A program made the translations under genes and the position numbers. A stretch of DNA of 63,794 nucleotides, filler included, from Chiloscyllium plagiosum (Eukaryota), in assembly GCF_004010195.1 (NCBI RefSeq). It is 4 parts of one record of this genome, joined end to end, with 100 filler letters (N's around TTAATTAATTAA, not from the genome) between each part and the next. Parts side by side here need not be neighbours in the genome. Positions count along the whole stretch, not along the records: positions 33,666 to 60,336 come from NC_057711.1; positions 60,437 to 63,794 come from NC_057711.1; 2 more parts are not named here. One strand, 5' to 3'. This document shows, piece by piece, positions 49,801 through 62,074 of the stretch. A model generated the notes under the pieces. It searched no databases. It saw only the letters and a list, made by a program, of their open reading frames with translations, and was not told the origin of the DNA. Position 1 is the stretch's first letter, and each line of letters starts with the position of its first letter.

Positions 49801-51050
49801 GTTCTATCCTGTTAACTAATTTTCTATCCATGCCAATTTATGAACCCCTAAACTATGATATTTTGTAAAAACAAATACTGTGGATGATGGAAAGCTGAAA
49901 TTAAAATGGAAAATGCTGGAGAAACTCAGCAGGTCTGGCAACATCTGTGGAGAGAGAAACAGTTATAAAGTTTTGAGTCCAAACTGTCTTCTTCAAAATG
50001 TGGCATCTTGTCAAATGTTTTAGGAAATTAAAGTAGACCATATCTACAGATTTTCCTTTATCCATGTTACTTGTTACTTCACCATAAAACTTTAATAAAT
50101 TATTCCTTTTTAAAAAATTATATTCCTTTTGCCTGGGTGCATTAAGATTTTCCAAGCGTCCTCTATAACCTTCTTGATAATACATTCCATCATTTTTCCT
50201 GTAGCAGTTACAAAACTAACTGGCCATCAGCTTCCTGCTTCTTATCTCACTCCTTTTTTATACAGAGAACTTATATTCATTATTTTGTGATTTTAGAAAA
50301 TAAATTGTTTATGTCATTTGGCATCATGGATTAGGCCAGCATTTATTACCCATCTCTAATTGCCTTGAATAAGGTGGTATTGAGCTACCTTCTTAAACCT
50401 TTGCAGAACTTGAAGTGTAGACTCAGTGACAATGTTGTCAGGAATTGAGTCCAGAATGTTTTTGCTCTATGACAGTGAATGGACAATGATGTGTCAGGAT
50501 AGTGTCTGGTTTGGAGTGGAGTTTTTAAACTACAGTGTTCCCATGAACTGTTCTCTTTGTGGTAGAGGTCACTGGTTGGAAAGGTTCTTTTAAAGTAAAC
50601 TTAGTAAGTTGCTGTCATGTATCTTGTAGATGCTACACAATGTCGACATTGTGGGTCGGTGATGGAGGGAGTGAATATAAAACTGGTGGATGGGTTGCTT
50701 TCCTGCCTAGTGTTTAGTTTCTTGTTTGTTGTTGGAGCTTCTTCTCAATTGCCCTGTACATCCCAGGATTTTATAGAAAATGTGGATTAATCATGGAAAA
50801 TGTGGTATTATGGGGATAGGATGGGATGGATTGGGTTTGGGTGTGGTGGTCTTCGGAGGGTCGGTGCAGACACAATGGCCAAATAGCTTCCAGCTGCAAT
50901 ATAGGTATTCTATGATACTGTGATTCCAGAATTGCAAACCCCAGGATGTTAACAATGGGCCATTCAGCAATGATAATGCCATTGAATATGAAGAAAAGCT
51001 GGTGAGATTCTCCTGTGGTAAAATGCTAATTGCCTGCCATTTATGTGGCT
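46810..51050. mobile_element. Cluster of old nested CR1/LINE, SINE and pLTR fragments on both strands
   Basis: CR1 3' end (-) ~46810-47510; CR1 RT (+) ~47520-49460 with SKFANDTKL and a nested LINE 3' end (-) ~48120-48637; CR1 (-) ~49480-50290; further LINE/SINE pieces up to ~51050. Confidence 0.7.
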
Positions 51051-51624
51051 CAAATGGGAGATACTAATGGATACATGAATCACAGGCTCTTTGGCACTCT
51101 CCCAAAGCATCACCTTCAATAATCTTTTCCAAGGGAAATTGGTAAACTGCTATGATCCCCTTCTGAAGCTATCTTGGGAACTGGTGAGCGTATAGTAACA
51201 AGCATGGCTCCAGTCTGACCATCCAATGCAACACTGAGGTGTTAGGTGACCTCTCGCTGTGCTTTAATAGAAGCTGTAATATTTGCCATCAAACTTTGCA
51301 CCTTTAATTGTCTGCAAGTATGTCATGGAGTTGGACAGAATGGGCTCTAACCTGTGCGTGATGACCTGGGTCAAGTTGTAGCCAAACTCCTCACCATCCT
51401 TAAGTGACAAAAGCTCGGTGCCAGGCCTGCCAATGCACCAAGGATCACTGTGTGCAGCGTACTGTATTCATCAGTATTCCTCTGCAAATCAACAACTCAA
51501 AGCTCCCATCTGAGCTCATTGGAATCTGTCACACAAAGTATTGTTTCTCCCTGACTTTGCTCTAACAAGTCCATAGTCAGTGACACATCATTTATAGATC
51601 CTAACTTTCCACAACTCTTTATAT

Positions 51625-52062
51625 TTCTGGTTGCCACATTCCCAAAAGGATGTGGATGCTTTGGAGAGGGTGCAGAAGAGGTTCACTAGGATGTTGCCTG
51701 GTTTGGAGGGTGCTAGGTATGAAGAGAGGTTGAGTAGATTGAGATTATTTTCATCAGAAAAACAAAGGTTGAGGGGGGATCTGACTGAGGTCTACAAAAT
51801 CATGAGAGTTATAGACAGAGTGGATAGCAAGAAGCTTTTTCCCAGAGTGTGGCACTCAATTACTAGGTGTCATGAGTTCAAGGTGAGAGGGGAAAAGTTT
51901 AAGGGAGATATGCATGGAAAGTTCTTTACATAGAGGGTGGTGGGTCCCTGGAACGCATTGCCAGTGGAGGTGGTAGAGGTGGGCACGATAGCGTCATTTA
52001 AGATATATCTAGACAAATACATGAATGGGCAGGGAGTAGAGGGATACAGATCCTTGGAAAAT
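51625..52062 (+). mobile_element. CR1 3' portion
   Basis: KDVDALERVQKRFTRMLPG..RGDLTEVYKIMR..WNALP. Confidence 0.9.
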
Positions 52063-52909
52063 AGGCTTTTCACCATTATGAAAGAATTTGACAAGACGGA
52101 TAGAGAGAAGATAGTTCCACTTGTGGATGAGATAAAAATTAGGGGCAACAAATAAAGGAATGGTACTTATAAATTCAATATTTTCATAGGTGTGGGGAAA
52201 CCCTGCTCTCACATAGAATGACAATGTGGATGATATGCAAGGAGTGGGAGAGAGGACTAGGAAGATAAGAAGATGGGATTAGATTGTGAAGGGTAGGAGA
52301 AAGCTGGCTTGGGTTATAAACACTGGGATTGTCCTTTTCAGCTATGTGGCTTGTTTGTGTGCATGTTAAAAAAAAAACTGTATTTAACATTTTGAGATAC
52401 CAAATTGAAAACTTACACTTTATGTATCTACCTCGCCATTACCATTAGATTCTAAAACATCAAGGCAATATTGTCTGCAGCTAATTATTTCTCACCCATT
52501 CGATCAGTTGGATTGCGATTGCATGATTTTGCTGAATCCAGATTAGATATTGATAGCATGTTGCTATCCAAATGGTGAAGGAGGCTGTTGAATGTGCTGC
52601 TGTGCCAATCACTACAATCATGGTCTCAGTTATATGAAGTAATATGCAATATGCCTCTGTGGATGTAGTTTGCTTATAATGCACCTTACAGATTTCACAT
52701 TTAAATGAATTTGGCCATTCAATGATAAGCAAATTGAAAGATGTTATTGTTGGAAATGAGACCCTTGGTCATTTTAGAGAACAACTTCAACATCACAGTC
52801 AGTTGCAGGATAAAAGTGAAGGTTGCCCAACTTCAGGATAATATTCCAACTGCATTAATATATAATCTCATTCCTTGTTACTCTATGACTTTTGCTGTGA
52901 AGAAAAATA

Positions 52910-53510
52910 AAAAAAAAACACAGAAAGAATTGCAGATGCTCGAGATCAAACACAAAAACAGAAATTGCTGAAAAACTGTCTGGCAGCATCTGTGGAGAGA
53001 AAGCAGAGGTCCAGTGACACTTCTTCAAAACAGATGAAAGCTAGGAAAATGTTGTTTTTTACCCACATGATTGGGTGGGGGCAGGGGGGAAGGAGTAACG
53101 GATAGCTGAAGATAGAGCCTAAAGAGAGATAAAAATAGTTGGACAGGCAAAGGAGTGGATAATGGTCGGCCTATGAGAATGAATAGCTGTAAATGGGGAC
53201 AACTAGTGGCTAAAATGGGTTATGTGTAATAGCAGACCATGTGATAACAAGGCTCGTTGTGTGGGGGTGGGGAAGTGTGCTCAAGCCTGAAAATTGTTGC
53301 ACATGATGTTGAGTCCAGAAGGCTGTAGAGTTCCCAAGTGGAAAATGAGGGACTGTTCTTCCAGGTTGCATCTATCTTCTGCATAAAAACCTTTTCCTCG
53401 CCTTCACCAGTTCTGAACAAGGATCCCTGGACCCGAAATGTTAGCTCTGATTTCTCTCCACAGATGCTGCCGGACCAGCTGAGTTTTTCCAGCAATTTCT
53501 GTTTTTTTAA
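52910..53510 (-). mobile_element. Penelope-like family 3 3' fragment with inverted pLTR
   Basis: LEEQSLIFHLGTLQPSGLN endonuclease C-terminus at ~53290-53365. The ends (52950-53030 and 53410-53505) are reverse complements with decayed hammerhead boxes. Related pieces at ~13615, ~49870 and ~63220. Confidence 0.75.
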
Positions 53511-53584
53511 CCACATTAAGAATTTCTGCCTTCACCTGCTTGTCAGGTTTAAAATAGGATTTGGTTAAAACAAATCTTTTAAAG

Positions 53585-53898
53585 CCCCTACAGTGCAGAG
53601 AGAGGCCATTCAGCCCATTGAGTTTACACCAATCCTCCAAACAACATCTCACCCAGACTCCACCCTATCCCCATCGCCCCACATTTACCATGACTAAACC
53701 ACCTAGCCTACATATCCCTGAACTTTATGGACAATTTACAATGGCTAATCTACCTAACCTGCACATCTTTGGACTGTGGGAGGAGACCCACGCAGCCACA
53801 GGGAGAACATGTAAACTGCACAGCCACCCAAAATTCGAATCAAACCCAGGTCCAAGGTGCTGTGATGCTGCCATGCCAATCACTGAGCCACCATGCCA
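53585..53898 (-). mobile_element. HE1-type SINE
   Basis: Reverse complement has a ggcatggtggctcagtgattggca head and an HE1-type body. Confidence 0.8.
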
Positions 53899-54597
53899 GC
53901 TCTTTTAGCATTCAACTATTCACTAAATGGAAAAATATAAGTATTTTTAATCATATATAATGTTGTACTGAGTTGCATCGAGGAAAATATGTTTCATCAT
54001 CCTTAACTTCGACAAAATCTAAGTGAGGATATATATTTTTGGTATCCATTGACTGCCTTTTGGAATGTGAAATTCAATAGAGAACCAAGTAAGATCAACC
54101 AGCAGATGGCATCAGAAAAACAGAAGTGTTAAACTGTGTTCTCAGCTCCTGATAGCTGCATAGGCTGAATACCACTCTTTCAAGACACAATTTTCACCCA
54201 TTTCTCAGAAGCTGAAAATAGAGGTCTGGGGACTTTTATTTCAAATTTCCCACCTAATTTCTGCTGAATTGTTTTAATGCAGATTCAATGACAGCTCGCT
54301 CAAAGTGATTTTAGTGCAGCTTTTTAACTGAACGAAAAATGTGAATTTCCCATTCAGCAAGGCAGTTCAATTCCTGACATCTGTGTGGACCATCTCAGGT
54401 CAGGGATATTGAGAACAATGGGTCAAATCCAATTCTACCAGTGTAGAATGGGGAACATTTTCACTAGTAAGTTCTAAAGACTTTGTCAATTTCAATTGTT
54501 ATATTGAAGTGTGTGCTAATTCAATATTTTTTTAAAATAAGTGTTTGGCCATTGGATTCCATTCTTAAAGGAGAAGTACAAATGATCATATGCATTA

Positions 54598-54900
54598 GGG
54601 GCAAGATGGTGGCTCAGTGGTTAGCCACACAATGCCAGGGACCCAGGTTTGATTCCCACTTAGGGCGACTGTCTGTGTGGAGTTTGCATATTCTTCCGGT
54701 GTCTGTGTGGGTGCTCTGGTTTCCTCCCACATTCCGAGGATGTGTAGGTCAGGTGAATTGGCCATGCTAAATTGCCCATAGTGTTAGGTGCATTAGTCAG
54801 GGGTAAATATAAGGTCTGGGTGGGTTACTCTTCAGAGGGTTGGTATGGACTTGTTGGGCTGAGGGGCCTGTTTCCATACTGTAACAACTCTAATCTAACC
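54598..54900 (+). mobile_element. HE1-type SINE
   Basis: ggtggctcagtggttag A box, ggtttgattcc B box, CR1-like tail. Confidence 0.85.
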
Positions 54901-55679
54901 TAGAGTTTGTCAACAAGTGCATTAAAAATTCTTCTGCTTTCAACAGTACTGAATTGGATTTTAATGTATCACTGGACATTTGCAATATTTAATGGATTTA
55001 CTTAATATCCAGACATCCTATGAGCATCAAAGAGTTTATTGATATTGCATCAATGGGAAGAAACCTTTGGAATTCCAGAACCTTCTTCCCTCAACAAAGG
55101 AAAGACATAATCTTTTATGCATTTGTTTTCAGTCTGTCTTTGACAAATTGACAATTGTGTTTTTAACTGATTACATACACATCCAATCAGGTCAATCATG
55201 TGACTGCATGGTCAATGATGGACAATATTTTGGATAACCCTGGATCTTCCCATGATCTCATGATGTTTACCAAACATGCTTATCTCTTATCCTTAGGCCT
55301 TCAAAATGTGTCTTATTCAACCACATTTCAATACTGCAGATTTCTGCTCCTGCTATTCAATCCTCCCTGCTAACAGGAGGACTTCTCCCTACTATCTAAG
55401 GTTGTTTATCCACAGGAATTCAGTTAGCACCCTTAATGTTAGTTTGTTGGATGCATGTAGAATTTCAGTATACCTATATAGGTGTACATGGTATGTAGTG
55501 ACAATTACCTAGAGTCTTAATTATTTTGCGATCAGATTTTTCTTCTAATCTTTACTCAGTAACAAATTTTGAATTAGCTGCCTTTATCAAAGTTTTTCAA
55601 GAGTTCCCTTATTCAATGTCTAAAGCTGATGGTCTATAGGAATCCAATTAAATCCCTTGATATTAAAAATACATCTGTG

Positions 55680-57058
55680 TTTCAGGAGACAGTCACAACT
55701 CTTAGACTGACAAATGCAAATTTGGGCCGTGGTCAGGGACAGGATGATATGGCTGTGAGTGAGGCAGGTAGAGGGATCCAGGAGGTAGAGTTGTCCTTGT
55801 CCAACAGGTTCAAGCGTCTCACTCCCTGTGTTGACAGGAATGGGGACTGTAGGGAGGATAAGCCAATTGACCACAGCACTGAGGTGCAGGAAGCCATTCA
55901 AGTGGGGTGGTGAGAAGAAAAACAGTCATTGTATTTGGGGATAGTTCAGTTGCGGGCATAGACACTGTTCTCTATGACTGAAGATTATGTTGCCTACCAG
56001 GTGCTTGGGTTCAGGATATCTCATCTGGGCTGCAGAGGAGCTTGCAGTGGGAGGGTAAACGTCTAGTGGTCATGGTCCACATAAGTATTGACAATATAAA
56101 TTAAATTAGGGCAGGGGTTCTGCTAAGGGAGGATGAACAGTTGGGAACTAAATTAGAAAGAAGAGCCAAAAAGGTAATAATCTGGATTACTACCTGAGCC
56201 ACATGTTAATTAGCACAGGATCAATAAGACTAAATGGATAAATATTGGTGTCAGAGAAATGGGTCTGAATTCATGGGACATTAACACCAGTACTGGGGAA
56301 GAAAGGAACTGTTCTGAGGGGATGGTCTTCATCTGAATCATGCTGGAATCAGACAGGGCTTTAACCTAAATGGGGAAGCAGGTGGGGGGAGGAGTCAATT
56401 ACAAGGGAAATTAGAAAACCCAAATTAAAGGAGGAGGTAAGTGATGCAGCGAGTAGTTATCAGACAATAAAGGTGAGGGATAAAACAGGTGAATATCTTT
56501 ATGCACTAAGGAATTATAAAAAAGAAGGTAATTTACTAGTGAAACAAAGTTAAAAGCTTTATATCTAGATGCATGAAGCATTTGAAATAAAGTGGATAAA
56601 CTAATTGGGTAGAGGTAAATGGGTACAACATAATTGGGATTAAAGAGACATGGCTACAGGATGACCAGAGATGAGAATTGAATATCCCATGGATATTCAG
56701 TATTTGGTATGGACAGGCAAAAAGGAAAATGTGGTGAAGTGGCATTGCTGGTTAAAGAGTATTAAGACACTAGTGAGAAAGGATATCAGCTCTTAATATA
56801 TGGAATCTGTTTGGATTGAGTTGAGAAATACAAAGGAGCAAAAAACATTAGTGGGTGCCTTACATAGACCCCCAAACTGCAGCAGTGATGTTGGGAATGG
56901 CATTAAACAGGAAATTAGAGATGCATGTGATAAGGGAATATCAGTGATCATGGGTGATTTTAAACTGATCATAGATTGGGCAAATCAAATTACCCACAAT
57001 GCCATACAGGATTAATTCCTGAAGTGTATATGGGATAGTTTCCTTGACCATTATGTGG
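55680..57058 (+). mobile_element. Decayed CR1 ORF1 (esterase) plus ORF2 endonuclease
   Basis: LSNRFKRL, VFGDSSVAGID, CCLPGA; then ESVWIELRN..HRPPN..MGDF. Confidence 0.85.
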
Positions 57059-57061
57059 AAA

Positions 57062-57945
57062 AACTGAAAATGTATTGCTGGAAAAGTGCAGCAGATCAGG
57101 CAGCATCCAAGGAGCAGGAGAATCGATGTTTCGGGCATGAGCCCTTCTTCAGGAATGAGGAAAGTGTGTCAAGCAGGCTAAGATAAAAGGTAGGGAGGAG
57201 GGACTTGGGGGAGGGGCGTTGGAAATGCGATAGGTGGAAGGAGGTTAAGGTGAGGGTGATAAGGNNNNNNNNNNNNNNNNNNNNNNNNNNNNNNNNNNNN
57301 NNNNNNNNNNNNNNNNNNNNNNNNNNNNNNNNNNNNNNNNNNNNNNNNNNNNNNNNNNNNNNNNNNNNNNNNNNNNNNNNNNNNNNNNNNNNNNNNNNNN
57401 NNNNNNNNNNNNNNNNNNNNNNNNNNNNNNNNNNNNNNNNNNNNNNNNNNNNNNNNNNNNNNNNNNNNNNNNNNNNNNNNNNNNNNNNNNNNNNNNNNNN
57501 NNNNNNNNNNNNNNNNNNNNNNNNNNNNNNNNNNNNNNNNNNNNNNNNNNNNNNNNNNNNNNNNNNNNNNNNNNNNNNNNNNNNNNNNNNNNNNNNNNNN
57601 NNNNNNNNNNNNNNNNNNNNNNNNNNNNNNNNNNNNNNNNNNNNNNNNNNNNNNNNNNNNNNNNNNNNNNNNNNNNNNNNNNNNNNNNNNNNNNNNNNNN
57701 NNNNNNNNNNNNNNNNNNNNNNNNNNAAGTGTTGGGCCACGGGGTGGTTGGGTTGGTTGGTCTGGGTGTCCCAGAGGTGTTCTCTGAAACGTTCCGCATG
57801 TAGGCAGCCTGTCTCCCAATATAGAGGAGGCCACATCGGGTGCAGCGGATGCAGTAAATGATGTGTGTGGAGGTGCAGGTGAATTTGTGGTGGATATGGA
57901 AGGATCCCTTGGGGCCTTGGAGGGAAGTAAGGGGGGAGGTAAGGG
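57062..57945 (-). mobile_element. Penelope family 2 3' part (GIY-YIG plus pLTR), gap at 57265-57726
   Basis: IIYCIRCTRCGLLY..ERFREHLWDT; hammerhead boxes CUGAAGA-A-GGGC-UCAU-GCCC-GAAA-CAUC at 57121-57156. Confidence 0.88.
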
Positions 57946-59794
57946 ACTAAAAATCATCGGGTCATCGATATGTATGACAAAGTTGGGTAATCCAGCTAGT
58001 CTTTGGTTCACCTTTGAAATGTGGCTGCCACATTTTTCAGACTAAATGGCATGACTTTAAACTGATATAGTCCATCTGGCATTACAAAAGCTGAAACTGC
58101 CTTTGCTTTTTCTAAAAAAGGTACCTGCCAGTATCCTCCGAGGAAGTTCAACTTAGAAATATAAGTTGCTTGTTCCACCTTCTCAACACAGACTTCCAAA
58201 TGCATCAGTCTTTGGAAATGCATTGTCTTTGCGATAGTTCACATTAACCGCTGGGTACCATCTGGCTTCTGCACCATTACTATGGATGAGCTCCAGTCAC
58301 TGTAACTCATTTTGAATATAGCATCTTGGAGCATGCGTTCAACTTCCTTTTGAACCTGTGCCAACATTAGAGGGTTATGCCTACAAGGATGTTGCTTAAT
58401 CAGAACAGCATCTCCTATATCTACAGCATGCATAATTAGATTAGTACTTTCCAGCGTATTTTTACATATCTCCCCATGTGATAGTAATAACTCTTTCAGA
58501 TCATTTTGATTTTACTCTGGAAGGTAACTCAATAATTTATCACAGTTTTTGACAACTTCCTCATTGTTCAATTTAAATTGAGGAATGTCCAAATCAGAAT
58601 CCTCTGAACTTGGTTCTTCATTCTGTGTTGTAATCAGTAACACATTCTCCTTTTGCTTTCCTTCCCTGTCAAAATACCTTTTGAGCATACTCACATGACA
58701 CACTCTGTGAGATTTCTTTCTGTCTGAAGTCCCTACCAAGTAGTTCACCTCACTCAAATTCCTTTCAACTTGATAAGGTCCACCAAACCTTGCTTTTTAA
58801 GGTTCACGTATCATCGGAAATAATACTAATACTTTATCAACGAAAGCAAACTTGCGAATTTGTGATTTCTTAACCGCTTCCTGTTTCACTGTATGCTGTG
58901 ATTCTTTTAAACGGTGTCTAGCCAACTCCCTAGCTCTATTTAATCGTTCCCTAAACTTTGGCACATAGTCCAAAGATATGGTCTCTGAATTCTGACTTAC
59001 CAATTTCTCCTTAATCAACTTTAACCATCTTCTCACTTCATCCCCAAAACCTAATTCAAATGGACTGAATTTGGTCGATACATTTGGTGCATGCCTGATC
59101 GCAAAAAGCACAAACAGAATTCCGTTATCCCAACCACCTGGATGGTCTTGACTATAAACCGAAAGCATGGTCTAGTGCCACCTTTCAGCGTTCCCTGCGA
59201 TTCTGGATGGTACACAGTAGATTTGAATTGTTTTATTTCTAAGCTGTTCATAACTTTCTTGAATAATTTTGATGTGAAGCTTGACCCTTGATATGATTGT
59301 ATATCTGTTGGCAGTCCGTATCGAATGAAAAACTTGAGTAATTCTCCACAATCCTTTTAGCTATGATATTGCATAATGCAATGGCCTCTGGAATTTAGTG
59401 GATACGTTCATTATTGTGAACAAATACCGATTCCTGCTTTTTGTTTGAGGAAGGGGACCTCAGCAATCAATTAAGACTCTTGTAAAAGGTTCCTCAAATA
59501 CAGGAATAGGTATTAAAGGTGCAGATTTTATTACTGCCTGTGGTTTTCCAACTATCTGACATATATGACATGTCTGGCAAAATTCAACTACATCCTTGTG
59601 CAGTCCAGCCCAATAAAAATGTATTTGTATTTTAGCATGTGTTTTCCTCACTCCAAAATGACCCCCAAGTAGTAGCTCATGCATCACTTGCAACACCTTC
59701 TTCCAATACCCCACTGGCAATACGATTTGATGAACTTCTGTGCATTTTTCATCTGCCTGAGTATGTGATGATCTCCAGTTCCACATTAAGACCA
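57946..59794 (-). mobile_element. Gypsy/Ty3 LTR retrotransposon pol fragment with integrase upstream of RT (Gmr1-like)
   Basis: In transcription order: HHCC (HELLLGGHFG..CQTCHICQ), core (VLIDC, YHPESQG), GPY module, then RT (VQKPDG, GYWQVP, YQFKVMPF, HIDD). Frameshifted. Confidence 0.9.
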
Positions 59795-60336
59795 TTTTTT
59801 TTTAATAGATATTTTTATTAGAAATTTAACATTTTTACAAGTTTACAAAAATAAACAAAACTCTCAGATATAAACATTGATATACAATTAGCTCAAATAT
59901 ACAATACCAAAATTTGAACAAAAAAAAAGAAAAAACAAAACAAAAAAAACCCGAAGAAAAAAAAAACAAACAAAACTCAACTATCTACTAATCTAACCTA
60001 CAACTAGCCAGAATGTATATTTAAGTCTCTTACATGCTCGGAATGTGTTAGCATCAGATGTAAAAAAACCCGTATTCGTGCGGGATTCCTCCCCCGAGGG
60101 GCCCCGGACCAGCCAGGTTTGTAATCTCAATTAAATAAAAGCCCTGTTAGGATAAGCCGAAATATCTGTATTTATGTAATTCAAGAAGGGCTACCATATT
60201 TTATAAAATAATTCGGTCTTTCGGTGCACCATATTTGTAAGGAAGTCAAGGGGAATACATTCCATAATTAATCTGTGCCAATTTGAAAGTCCAGGAGGCC
60301 CCTCAGCCACCCAGTTTACCAAAATATTTTTCCTTG
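59795..60336 (-). mobile_element. L1-clade LINE 3' end
   Basis: RKNILVNW..PPGLSNWHRLIMECIPLDFL..FYKIW*PF ORF2 C-terminus, T-rich 3' UTR, AATAAA and A-tail on the minus strand. Confidence 0.8.
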
Positions 60337-60435
60337 NNNNNNNNNNNNNNNNNNNNNNNNNNNNNNNNNNNNNNNNNNNNTTAATTAATTAANNNNNNNN
60401 NNNNNNNNNNNNNNNNNNNNNNNNNNNNNNNNNNN

Positions 60436-60692
60436 NTTTCAAGACATCCAGCACTTTCTCCTCTGTAATCTGGACATTTTGCAAGATGTCACCATCTATT
60501 TCCCTACAGTCTATATCTTCCATATCCTTTTCCACAGTAAATACTGATGCAAAATATTCATTTAGTATCTCCCCCATTTTCTGTGGCTCCACACAAAGGC
60601 CGCCTTGCTGATGTTTGAGGGGCCCTATTCTCTCCCTAGTTACCCTTTTGTCCTTAATATATTAGTAAAAACCCTTTGGATTCTCCTTAATT
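60436..60692 (-). mobile_element. Young 5'-truncated CR1 ORF2 fragment
   Basis: IKENPKGFY..MGEILNEYFASVFT; runs into a gap. Confidence 0.9.
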
Positions 60693-61460
60693 GCAAAATA
60701 TATTGTCTTCACTACCACAACCTAAAAACAGGTTTGTAAACCTTATTTTAAACATTTGAAATTTCATTGGAATGAACACAAAACAGACCAAAAGGATTAT
60801 TTACTTTGCGTGATTTTAGCAGCTCAGTGGTTAGGGCTTGTACTGAACTAATTGGGAGAGTTAAAAAAAAATTGCAACCTAAAAATGAGACAGCAGGAAG
60901 CGATGAGCGGAAATGCAGGCGTGATGCCTTTTAATATACCAGTTCATCACCCACTTCATTGTTTAAAGAAATAGACCACACAGACCGAAAAGGATGGAGA
61001 TTGTTTGTGGCATTGGTTATGCTAATGAAGGCAACGGAGTTTGTGGAAGCAACATTTTTGGTTTGTGAAAGCGAGTTGTGGAGATGATGAGCACTGGTAA
61101 AAAAAAATTAAAGATTTTAGAATTGGAATTGAGATAGTTAATTAAAAGGGGAACGAAACAATACTGAGCTTTAGAAATAGCTATTAGACTCTTGTCTATG
61201 CCAACAGAATCAACACATCTATTGTCTCTGCCTGTAAACTTTGTCAAGTCAAACACCTTTACTTTAGTAGCAGTGAATACAACCACCTGAACTACACTCA
61301 TAAGAAAATCTCCACACTCTGTGCAGCGAGCTCAATTTCGAGACAAGCGCATAAACTGACCCCATTATATATGTCAAAAGGCAGGAGGAAGGAAACTTGA
61401 ATTACATTTCAGGTTTAAAACTAGTGGAAGGTTGTTATATTCCAGAGATCAAGGTCTTAC

Positions 61461-61560
61461 CTGATGATTTGTTTTTATTTTCACTGAACTTTTTAAATTT
61501 GCCCTTTCCGCGTGGTGCATTTTTCTCTTTCCCAGATGATTTTTTACCTTTAACAACCAT
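61461..61560 (-). CDS. PUM3: Putative first coding exon (whole exon 61461-61583) of a Lys-rich protein resembling the Pumilio homolog 3 N-terminus
   Basis: Acceptor ctgttctatttcttgtag, 23 nt before the ATG, then MVVKGKKSSGKEKNAPRGKGKFKKFSENKNKSS(G) and donor CAG|gtaaga (phase 1). Resembles human PUM3 MEVKGKKQFTGKSTKTAQEKNRFHKNS as recalled. No conserved downstream PUM3 exon was found in the window, so the symbol is tentative. Confidence 0.5.
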
Positions 61561-62074
61561 GTTCACACACCAGCTGAAGAAACCTACAAGAAATAGAACA
61601 GTCGCATCTATGATCCATCACATGAAATGGCAGTGCTTTGCAATGACACTTACGACGTTTTATAAAAGCATGGAATTTGAGCAGAGGCATAAACTACATA
61701 AAGATATTACATTTCATGTCTTCAATAGAGACAACTGAAAACTTAGCATTTGACCTCAGAGAGATTACTTGTTCCAAATTACTTTTTATATGACATCAAA
61801 GTTAAGACTTTGCCAATAAAAGGAATTAAATCACTTAAACCAAATTTCTAGATTGCTGTTTCTTGAAGTTTGAAAGAAAGAATGACAAACAGGTAATCCG
61901 ATCACACTTCTATCCCTTCAACTACAAACATGTGCTTCTTTGATCTGAATGCCTCTGAAAGTAAACTGTTGAGCTCTTAATAAAAAAAAACGTAAGTGAA
62001 ACAAATGCATTTCAAAAAGAATTTCAAATTCATTGCTTAGCTAAGTTAACCAATTTAGATCAGATCTAAATGCT

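Noticed and set aside
52481..52574. Open + strand segment NYFSPIRSVGLRLHDFAESRLDIDSMLLSK after a cag acceptor
   Set aside because: Weak donor, no recognisable homology, and phase incompatible with the 46659-46738 candidate.
55505..55680. Possible remainder of a PUM3 exon (KAANSKF..KTL, phase-1 donor gtaatt) on the minus strand
   Set aside because: Stops in all frames, only low-complexity resemblance, and separated from the candidate exon by an assembly join.
61084..61167. C/D-box-like pair (ATGATGA...CTGA)
   Set aside because: No terminal stem, no recognisable rRNA guide, and on the opposite strand to the candidate host gene.
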